Positions 25,630-32,601 of a stretch of DNA of 32,601 nucleotides are shown here, piece by piece (the first letter of the stretch is position 1; each line of letters starts with the position of its first letter). The stretch is from positions 1 to 32,601 of the IMG/VR virus record IMGVR_UViG_3300012942_000549; one strand, 5' to 3'. The position numbers and the translations under genes were made by a program. The notes under the pieces were generated by a model. The model was not told where the DNA came from, did no database searches, and worked only from the letters and a program-made list of their open reading frames with translations. This stretch comes from a virus (taxonomy: Duplodnaviria > Caudoviricetes).

Positions 25630-25652
25630 CTTGGGGAGACTGGCTCCCCAAG
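25630..25652 (-). terminator. stem-loop
   Basis: CTTGGGGAG/CTCCCCAAG inverted repeat. Confidence 0.45.
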
Positions 25653-25654
25653 TA

Positions 25655-25924
25655 TTAGGAACGGAATGGCGCTCCATTCTGCTCCATAGCAGCCACACCC
25701 ATAGCGGTGATTTTACGCAGGGTATTCATCACCATAACCCTAGATTCAGGATCAGCATGTCGTGATGCCTGGCTGAATGCCTCACGCAGGTAATCCTGCA
25801 TATAGACTAACCATTCTGCCGGGCTGTGATAACCACCAGAGGTTGTGGTGTTTTCATTCCAACGAGAATCCTGATAATCACGCTCGCTATCAATGGCTTG
25901 GTAAACTTCTTCTCTAGATGTCAT
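25655..25924 (-). CDS. small MazG-like helical protein
   Basis: AIDSERDYQD..W...EWL...RKITAMGVAAME pattern. Confidence 0.6.
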   Translation of the reverse strand: MTSREEVYQAIDSERDYQDSRWNENTTTSGGYHSPAEWLVYMQDYLREAFSQASRHADPESRVMVMNTLRKITAMGVAAMEQNGAPFRS

Positions 25925-25934
25925 CGCTTTCTCC

Positions 25935-26780
25935 TTATGCCATACCAGCGTAAAGGTGCTGCTGGAGGTTATAAGTCAGACCATGAGCCACACAGTAGTT
26001 GGCCGTGTATTCATGATTGGTCTGGTTGGCTTTCATATCAAGGAGCCCGTCTTCCCAGAAGGAGATAACCTCATCGACATTCGAACGCTCACCGATTTTG
26101 ATGTTATCGGTTGAGTATTCCTCGTCAAACTTCCTTGGAGCCTTCTTGTAGATATTCATCGGGCTGACGAAGATCTCACGACCAGTCTTATCTCGCCAAT
26201 CCATAGCCCACTGAGGAACCGATGAATAAGGTGAATCAGGATCACTACTCATCACGAATTTTAGGCAATTGGCGCGTTCGAGTGTCTGTTGGTTAGGATT
26301 CAGATACTTGACCGCGATACCCTGCTTTTCGAGGCACTTTGGGCTAACCACGAGGCAGGTTTCATCTGGAATCTCAGTGAATACCACGCCGTTGCTCTCA
26401 ATCTGTGAATACCTAAATTCCTGGTTCACTCGTGTGAGTAGCTGGTTGATATTCTTCTGGAGCATTGGTTCGCCGCCAGTAAGCACGAAAACAGCTTCCT
26501 TCTTCTTCCCAGCCATGTAGGGCGGAAGGGTTCCGTTGAAATGATCAACGATTGAAGAATTCACCTCTGTCATCAGCTCATCAACTGTGAACCAGTCACC
26601 GTTATCAAAATAGGTATCGCAGAAGCTACACGCCAGGTTACACTTTGCTAGCCTTACGAAGAACGCAGGATGACCACGATATGGCCCTTCACCCTGGAGA
26701 GTCATGAAGCGAGATACGACAAGCAACCCCTCGGCATCCTTGAAGAACTTCTGACCCACGATTTGATTTTTACCGAACAT
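25935..26780 (-). CDS. queE: 7-carboxy-7-deazaguanine synthase (radical SAM)
   Basis: TLQGEGP..G.PAFFVRLAKCNLACSFCDT, LTGGEPMLQ, IESNG, VSPK, QQH. Confidence 0.9.
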   Translation of the reverse strand: MFGKNQIVGQKFFKDAEGLLVVSRFMTLQGEGPYRGHPAFFVRLAKCNLACSFCDTYFDNGDWFTVDELMTEVNSSIVDHFNGTLPPYMAGKKKEAVFVLTGGEPMLQKNINQLLTRVNQEFRYSQIESNGVVFTEIPDETCLVVSPKCLEKQGIAVKYLNPNQQTLERANCLKFVMSSDPDSPYSSVPQWAMDWRDKTGREIFVSPMNIYKKAPRKFDEEYSTDNIKIGERSNVDEVISFWEDGLLDMKANQTNHEYTANYCVAHGLTYNLQQHLYAGMA

Positions 26781-27393
26781 TCTTTAACTCCAATCCAAAA
26801 CCGAGATCATGAGTGTGTTTGCCACGCCACTCTTTTACCATTCTTCGGCCACCAATATTCAAGACCTTGCCTTTACAGTATTCCTTCAGGGCTCCGGTAT
26901 CGGTAACAACTCTGATGTTACCTTTCTCACGTTCCACTTTAGCAGCATTGGTGGCATCTAGCCAAGTTTCAAACACACCCCAAGGCGTCTTGATAAAGTG
27001 AGTGCTCTGATAATTGTTGCCTGATGAAACCTTCTCATGAGTTAGATGAGCTCTATTTTTAGGCCCCCTCATTCTGGAAGTATCTTTGATTTTCCAAGTA
27101 CGACCAATCTTTCCTCGTCCGCCACCCATTCCATCCTCTTCGCGAAGGTTGGCCCAATTATCATCTTCAACCACATTAAAAAGTCTGGAATAATAGATGC
27201 CAGCTCTCTTGAGTTCTTCATGAGTCTCATAAGTGCCTAGAATGCAGGTGATGATTCTTGGTCTATGAACTCGAAGGTGATTTAACCATCGTTTCCCTGA
27301 TCCCTTATAACTATAAGGATCCTGTCTAGAAGTTTGGCAAAGGTAGAAAAGGCCAGTTGGATAGGCTTTCTTTATCATCAAACAATATATCAT
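26770..27393 (-). CDS. GIY-YIG (Seg-like) free-standing homing endonuclease
   Basis: IY...FYLCQT...YKGSGKRW..HL, WANL..E.G.GG, basic C-terminal DNA-binding region. Confidence 0.7.
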   Translation of the reverse strand: MIYCLMIKKAYPTGLFYLCQTSRQDPYSYKGSGKRWLNHLRVHRPRIITCILGTYETHEELKRAGIYYSRLFNVVEDDNWANLREEDGMGGGRGKIGRTWKIKDTSRMRGPKNRAHLTHEKVSSGNNYQSTHFIKTPWGVFETWLDATNAAKVEREKGNIRVVTDTGALKEYCKGKVLNIGGRRMVKEWRGKHTHDLGFGLELKNVR

Positions 27394-27686
27394 TCAAGTA
27401 ACGCACGAATTGATCTTACAACTGCTTCTTGGGCATCACTACTCTTGGTTTTGCTATCTATAACTGATTGTGCCGCTGATCCTATAACCTCTATTGATTC
27501 AAGCATTTCTTCTTGTGTTAATTCAATGCCTTGAGATCGTTTTGAACTCATAGTTTCTTTGTTGGCCTCTGCTATTTTCATCAACTTGCTTGCTTTGACA
27601 AGTTCATAATGAGCCTTTTTAAGATCGTTGATAGAATCAACGATCTCATCAAATCTTACATCCCAAACTGGAGCCTCGAAACTCAT
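27390..27686 (-). CDS. hypothetical protein (AT-rich)
   Basis: AAGGAG SD; 98 aa. Confidence 0.7.
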   Translation of the reverse strand: MSFEAPVWDVRFDEIVDSINDLKKAHYELVKASKLMKIAEANKETMSSKRSQGIELTQEEMLESIEVIGSAAQSVIDSKTKSSDAQEAVVRSIRALLE

Positions 27687-27695
27687 ATTTTCTCC

Positions 27696-28181
27696 TTATT
27701 GAAACCAATCAAACCGTGTTTTTATGCCATCCTGTTGAGCCTTGATACCAAGATCAGCTATCTTCTGTGTGAAACCTGTTAGATCAATGTGTGGTGCCAT
27801 ACGGAAGTTAAAAATTACAGAAGATTGTAAATCACAAAGGGCGGAGCCCACCTTTTTGCGGTTCCAAAACAACCATCTTCCAATACCGTATGATTTTAAT
27901 CGGAGATTCCTGATACTAGTTTTAATGTTCTTGATTTCTTCCTCAATAGCAAAGCTAATGTCCTGTGAATCTAAACCTGGCTTGGTTCTGATAGAGCTCT
28001 TGGTCACCATCAATTCTATTTCAGAAGCTGAGTGAACCAAATCATCCAACATTATGGATAATGCGTCATTGTAGTCTTTTAGAGATTTCGCGATATTAAA
28101 AATGGTAGTCAATACAATACCGCTAATGAACACAACTAATAGACTAGTTATAAGAGAAGTAATATTCACGCCTTCCACCAC
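27696..28181 (-). CDS. hypothetical membrane protein (AT-rich)
   Basis: N-terminal TM segment; start may be GTG 28169. Confidence 0.65.
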   Translation of the reverse strand: MVEGVNITSLITSLLVVFISGIVLTTIFNIAKSLKDYNDALSIMLDDLVHSASEIELMVTKSSIRTKPGLDSQDISFAIEEEIKNIKTSIRNLRLKSYGIGRWLFWNRKKVGSALCDLQSSVIFNFRMAPHIDLTGFTQKIADLGIKAQQDGIKTRFDWFQ

Positions 28182-28654
28182 TCTTCATAAGGGAAGATAA
28201 CCCAGCGCTCATCCTCAGCGCGGGAAATCTCTCGACCCACATAATCAGCCTCGAATTCATCCTGTGAAATGTTGTTCCACAAGACAGCGGTCTTCACATT
28301 GCTCAAATCAGGATTAACCGGAGGATCGTAGCTGATGTTATTGATGATAATACGCAGGGTAGCACCAGAATCGCAAATATCATCTACCAGAAGGAGCTTC
28401 TTACCTTTTTGGTATTCCTTGCGAAAGGTATCCATAGAATCATGGCCCTGATCAACCTTATCATCACGTAGGCTGATATTCAGGCAAACCAGAGGCACAT
28501 TGAAGTAATGGCTCAACATGGTTGCTGGTACCAGGCCACCACGTGCGATACCAAAGATGATATCAGGGCGAAATCCCTCTAGTGTCATCTGTCGGAGGAT
28601 CTCTTGAAGATCCCCTCGCATCTGTTCATCGGTGTATAGGATCTTATCAGGCAT
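28166..28654 (-). CDS. type I phosphoribosyltransferase (Gpt/Hpt-like)
   Basis: GIARGGLVPA, LLVDDICDSGATL PRPP motif, WVIFPYE. Confidence 0.9.
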   Translation of the reverse strand: MPDKILYTDEQMRGDLQEILRQMTLEGFRPDIIFGIARGGLVPATMLSHYFNVPLVCLNISLRDDKVDQGHDSMDTFRKEYQKGKKLLLVDDICDSGATLRIIINNISYDPPVNPDLSNVKTAVLWNNISQDEFEADYVGREISRAEDERWVIFPYEEWWKA

Positions 28655-29333
28655 TCTTGATCTCCGAGAGAACTGGAGTAGAAAGGGTGATATTCTTGCC
28701 TAGTGGAATGGTCTGCGCATTAGCCACCTGAGTTACTGGCCCAATGGCAAACCGAGCAATCACCTTCTCGAATAGATCGCTACGAACCTCTGGATCATAA
28801 TGGCTGGTCGACTTATCATCAAACATCTGTCGTGAGTAACCGGTCCAACCACATTTGAAGGCGTTGAACTTGGCATCTACCTTTCTGAGCTCCATGACAT
28901 ATTCATCCCAAACCCTGCGGCTCTCTGGAGTCATGATATCATCGGCATGGAAGACGCAGGTCTTCTTGTGCTTATCTGAACTCAGGATGTAGATACAACC
29001 AGGCTTGGGTGGTACACCGTTGTACATGGGCTTGCTACCCTTGGTTGATTTGGCTTCTAGATCCTGATATTGACCAGTATCAAAGCGAATCAAGAAATCC
29101 GGATTACCGTTTGAACCAGCAGGTTGGCAGACGAAATGACCCTTAGGCAAGGCATTACGAACTGAATTGTAGCCAGTCAGATGACCCTTATGGAATTCCT
29201 TGAAGCCATAGCGAATCAGTAGCTGGCGGATGGATTCCTCATGCTTGGAACCAGAATAGCTACCACTTGCGTAGGCTAGATTCTGGAATGCATCTGTGAG
29301 GAAGGCTATGAAAGTATCAACATTAGCGTTCAC
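28647..29333 (-). CDS. PD-(D/E)xK nuclease, putative restriction endonuclease
   Basis: HEE...QPAGSNGNPDFLI...DLEAKS; coupled to the upstream methyltransferase. Confidence 0.65.
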   Translation of the reverse strand: MNANVDTFIAFLTDAFQNLAYASGSYSGSKHEESIRQLLIRYGFKEFHKGHLTGYNSVRNALPKGHFVCQPAGSNGNPDFLIRFDTGQYQDLEAKSTKGSKPMYNGVPPKPGCIYILSSDKHKKTCVFHADDIMTPESRRVWDEYVMELRKVDAKFNAFKCGWTGYSRQMFDDKSTSHYDPEVRSDLFEKVIARFAIGPVTQVANAQTIPLGKNITLSTPVLSEIKNA

Positions 29334-30192
29334 GAGTGTATTCCTTAATTACGTCGGCCTTGCCAAATCCTGGAATGCCGGAGTTGAGTTTGGATAATTC
29401 GGCGAAGTCAATTTGGTTTAATCGCTCTAGAGCTTCAGGCGTGTTTGCCTTGAAGAAGATCCACTGCTTCTTGCGGTCGCAATCTTCCTTCTTGTAAACC
29501 TTCACCGAATAGTCGTAGAAGCCCTGACGAGGAACCGCGAAGTCCCAGTTATAGTCGAAGAACCTCTCCGCTTGTTTGGTGCGATTGTATTGCCACATCT
29601 CAAAGTCAGGATGTGACGTTGGTGGTGCCCTATCCAATCGTAGATCCTTACACAGAGGGTGGTTCCTAGACCAGACCTGGAAGGAGGATCGGATTGAATA
29701 GGGCTTGCCTTCAATGGTGAATGAATCATCGGGTAGATCGGCATCCATGATAAGGCTAGCGCCCTTTTGAATCTTGGATTGAGCTGACCATTTCCTGAAT
29801 TGGATTGGTAGGATGAAACCAACAGTTCCAGATAGATCCAGGCATTTGTTGATGAAGGCGATCGCCGTCGCACCCTTTTTGCCGAAGGGTGGGTTACCCA
29901 GAAAAGCTACATCCTTGATATCGAGGTGTTCCCTGATATCCTGGTTGAGGAAGTCTAGCTCTACAATGCCAGCACCTTCGGGGAGGATATCAAAACCAGC
30001 AATCTTACGGCCAGCTTCTTGAGCGGCTCGTAGGAAGGATCCGTTACCTGCGCTGGGTTCAACCAACATGGCATTCTGGTCAATGAGCGGAAGAAAGAGC
30101 CCAAGACACAGAAGAGCAATGTCATCTTTGGTGTAATACTTGTCGAGGTCTTTGGCCGTCTGAACGGCATTGACCTTCTTATTCCTTGACAT
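29323..30192 (-). CDS. DNA amino-methyltransferase (probably N6-adenine)
   Basis: DKYYT, motif I VEPSAGNGSF, motif IV GNPPFG. Confidence 0.88.
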   Translation of the reverse strand: MSRNKKVNAVQTAKDLDKYYTKDDIALLCLGLFLPLIDQNAMLVEPSAGNGSFLRAAQEAGRKIAGFDILPEGAGIVELDFLNQDIREHLDIKDVAFLGNPPFGKKGATAIAFINKCLDLSGTVGFILPIQFRKWSAQSKIQKGASLIMDADLPDDSFTIEGKPYSIRSSFQVWSRNHPLCKDLRLDRAPPTSHPDFEMWQYNRTKQAERFFDYNWDFAVPRQGFYDYSVKVYKKEDCDRKKQWIFFKANTPEALERLNQIDFAELSKLNSGIPGFGKADVIKEYTRER

Positions 30193-30216
30193 CGCTCACC
30201 AGTTGTTTTTGTTTTA

Positions 30217-30251
30217 GGTGAGTGATCCTAACCCTAGGAATCACTCATCCA
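30217..30251 (-). terminator. stem-loop after folE
   Basis: TGAGTGAT...ATCACTCA inverted repeat. Confidence 0.4.
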
Positions 30252-30276
30252 GTTGATTGGTGGTATTGGGTGCCTG

Positions 30277-31071
30277 TTAGGCGTGACCCTTCATACTCAA
30301 CATGAGCTTGTAGAACTCATCCTTGAGCGAAGGCTCGTCGCGGAATTTACCACGCATAATTGCCGTGGTCATATCACTTTCATGCTCTCGCACGCCGCGA
30401 TTCGTCATACATCCGTGCTCAGCCTTCAATACGACCGCGACATTAGACGTCTCAGCGTATTCAACCAGAGCATCAGCAATCTGAGTGGTCATCTCTTCTT
30501 GGATCTGTGGTCGTTCCGCGATCCAGTGAACTAGACGGTTGAACTTCGACAGACCAATGACCTTATCTTCGGGGAAGATGCCTACCCAGCAATTACCAAT
30601 GATGGGCTGCTGGTGATGAGCACATTGGCTCCTAATACTGATAGGGCCAGCCGTATAGAGATCCTTGTAGCCCACGTTGGGGAAACTAGTGATCTTGGGT
30701 GCTGGTAGGTAACGACCGCTGTAGATTTCATTGACGTACATCTTGGCGACACGACGCGCAGTATCCGCGGTATTGTGATCGTTATCAGTGTCAATGACGA
30801 GGCTCCTTAGAACCTCTTCCATCTTCTGAGTAACCTCATCCACGAGTGCTTCTCGTTCACCTGGTTCGATGTAGTCGGCGATGTTATCGTTACAATGAAA
30901 CTGCTTACCAGCTTCGATGAGGCGTGCTCGAATCTTTTCAGAAACAGGCGGAGAAGAACCAAAGAAATGATCTTCTAGTGTCTCGGTTGATGTGTAAGCC
31001 TCTTGCCCGACGTTCTCATGCTCGCAGCAATTCTGGCCACAGCATTCATCGGTAAGTTTGGTATCGGTCAT
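30277..31071 (-). CDS. folE: GTP cyclohydrolase I
   Basis: TARRVAKMY, SQCAHH, IGLSKFNR, RPQIQE, AEHGCMTNRGV. Confidence 0.95.
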   Translation of the reverse strand: MTDTKLTDECCGQNCCEHENVGQEAYTSTETLEDHFFGSSPPVSEKIRARLIEAGKQFHCNDNIADYIEPGEREALVDEVTQKMEEVLRSLVIDTDNDHNTADTARRVAKMYVNEIYSGRYLPAPKITSFPNVGYKDLYTAGPISIRSQCAHHQQPIIGNCWVGIFPEDKVIGLSKFNRLVHWIAERPQIQEEMTTQIADALVEYAETSNVAVVLKAEHGCMTNRGVREHESDMTTAIMRGKFRDEPSLKDEFYKLMLSMKGHA

Positions 31072-31138
31072 TTACTGACTCTCCTTATAGTTGTTCCACA
31101 CTCTACTTAGACCTGGGTAGGTGCGTCAATATCTGGTG

Positions 31139-32227
31139 TTAATTCGCCAACAGTCTATCGAGCATTGGATTACAGCTCAAATAGCTATCCATTAGTGTTG
31201 CCTTCTGAACTTGAAGTGCCTGTATGTTTGGATCATAGCTATCCAACATGGCATTCATACGGCTAACCAGTAGATCACGGTTTGCTTCATAGGCATCCCA
31301 ACTTTCAGTCCATTTGCTAGGATAGAGGAACCTTGGATCATACATCTCGGAATAGCTGAGGCGGTCTGGAAGACATGGCATACTTTGAACCAATACACCT
31401 TCCATGGCCGAGATACCTAGGGTCTCCTGGAGATTGGCACTGAATACCATTGAAGACCTACCCAATAGATCATGATATTCATCCTTGGTCAGTTTGGTCT
31501 CCTGACAGATCACAAACTTGGTTTCAGGCATATGAAGAGCCAGATCTCGAAAGATCTCAACCTGCTTCTCTGGTGCTAACCTGTGGGGGAAGAGTATCAT
31601 TCGCTCCTTCTGCATACCCTGAAAGGGCTTTAGAGCTTCAATGAGGGCTGAATGTGGTTGCCCGCTAATCACAGTTATATCTCGAGCTACTCGCCTCTCT
31701 GTGGGTTCCTTGGATCGCATCAAGGTATTGATGAATAGATCACAATGGAACTTGGTCGCGAAGTAGTTGAAATGGCTGGCGTAGAAGAGACCACGCTCGG
31801 TGTTGTAGGTCCATCGTTTATCCTGAATGAGTCTTCCCAGGAAATCCTGAGGATCATAGGAGCCGGCGTGCCACATGGAATGGATCTCTACTGGAATCCC
31901 CATGAGCTCACTCATATATCTGACCTGAGTCACACCAGTATGCCAAGCATCAGTAAAGAGAACCTTATCACCTGGCTTCACTAGGCCAGACTGGAAGAAT
32001 CCGACTAGCTTGTTGACTTGGCTATTCTTCCAGATGTTGGTTGCAAAGAAATCCAGGAATGCGCCCTCAGTTGGGGCGACGCTAGTCTGCTCACCCGCGA
32101 TGTTGTGAACGCAAGCCTTGATACCGCGTTCTTGGGCGGTCTTCTGAATCAGTTTTGGAAGACCATTGAACCACTGACCAGTATAACGGGTTTCTAGCGG
32201 CTCAAGGGCCATAATGAAAATGTTCAT
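31139..32227 (-). CDS. GT-B glycosyltransferase-like protein
   Basis: FPHRLAPEKQ and QETLGISAMEG (E-x7-E) GT4-like motifs, PDRLSYSEMY. Confidence 0.75.
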   Translation of the reverse strand: MNIFIMALEPLETRYTGQWFNGLPKLIQKTAQERGIKACVHNIAGEQTSVAPTEGAFLDFFATNIWKNSQVNKLVGFFQSGLVKPGDKVLFTDAWHTGVTQVRYMSELMGIPVEIHSMWHAGSYDPQDFLGRLIQDKRWTYNTERGLFYASHFNYFATKFHCDLFINTLMRSKEPTERRVARDITVISGQPHSALIEALKPFQGMQKERMILFPHRLAPEKQVEIFRDLALHMPETKFVICQETKLTKDEYHDLLGRSSMVFSANLQETLGISAMEGVLVQSMPCLPDRLSYSEMYDPRFLYPSKWTESWDAYEANRDLLVSRMNAMLDSYDPNIQALQVQKATLMDSYLSCNPMLDRLLAN

Positions 32228-32228
32228 A

Positions 32229-32477
32229 TCACATCCATGTCAGTTTGAATAGGGTGGCCACATCGTGATCCATTAGCTCTAGCCAGCAGTAGAGGTATTT
32301 CGTTTCTGCGTCTTTACCTTTACCCAGTTCAGTGGTAAGGTTGAGCTCATAGGTTGGTTCACGTTCCATGAGCCATTCATGCACATCAGGTCTGAGCTCA
32401 TAAACCATCCACGGATATGGTGGCTCTACATCCGTTCTAAGCCTATAGATTGGCTTTTTGAGGCGTATCGAGATCAT
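32229..32477 (-). CDS. hypothetical protein, FKL family
   Basis: C-terminal DVATLFKLTWM; ATGA overlap at 32477 (alternative start 32483). Confidence 0.7.
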   Translation of the reverse strand: MISIRLKKPIYRLRTDVEPPYPWMVYELRPDVHEWLMEREPTYELNLTTELGKGKDAETKYLYCWLELMDHDVATLFKLTWM

Positions 32478-32601
32478 AGCCATGTCAACTTGAATAGAAC
32501 CGCTTTGTTGTCATCTTCGATATTGATGGTGAGGTATTTGGTTCTCATGAACCCTCGGTCATTGTCCGTGAGGAGCGTGAATACTGGATCAATCTTGTGA
32601 A
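32474..32601 (-). CDS. hypothetical protein, FKL family (partial, 3' end)
   Basis: ...HKIDPVFTLLTDNDRGFMRTKYLTINIEDDNKAVLFKLTWL-TGA. Confidence 0.7.
   Translation of the reverse strand, partial: HKIDPVFTLLTDNDRGFMRTKYLTINIEDDNKAVLFKLTWL

Noticed and set aside
26770-27393. Group I intron carrying the endonuclease
   Set aside because: The gene overlaps both neighbours' ends, leaving no room for an intron core, and queE appears intact.
31139-32227. DpdA/TGT-like transglycosylase
   Set aside because: Motifs fit a GT-B glycosyltransferase; no TGT-type motifs seen.
1-32601. CRISPR array, rRNA, transposase or integrase
   Set aside because: No spaced direct repeats or recognisable motifs found by eye.

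Overview
Gene-dense 32.6 kb segment of a large (jumbo) dsDNA bacteriophage genome, mostly on the minus strand. TTGAC-type promoters and many apparently leaderless genes suggest an alphaproteobacterial host (inference). It holds a translation/tRNA-maintenance region (Pnkp, Pth2, a minimal GlyRS-like class II synthetase, a tRNA, CysRS, an Rnl1-type RNA ligase, ClpP), a MoxR-like AAA/VWA pair, coaE-coaD, a T4-type RNase H, and a 7-deazaguanine cluster (folE, queE, PRTase, glycosyltransferase) interrupted by a methyltransferase/nuclease pair and a GIY-YIG endonuclease. The main finding is an apparent amber-readthrough control system. The tRNA has a CUA anticodon and lies two genes upstream of the GlyRS-like enzyme, which lacks an anticodon-binding domain. 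Within 3 kb are two in-frame UAG codons that look functional: codon 8 of pth2, and the middle of a leaderless leader peptide (MKKVLTHH-UAG-APRAPP) whose RAPP arrest-like motif abuts a hairpin over the next gene's initiation region. The rest of the window reads in the standard code.
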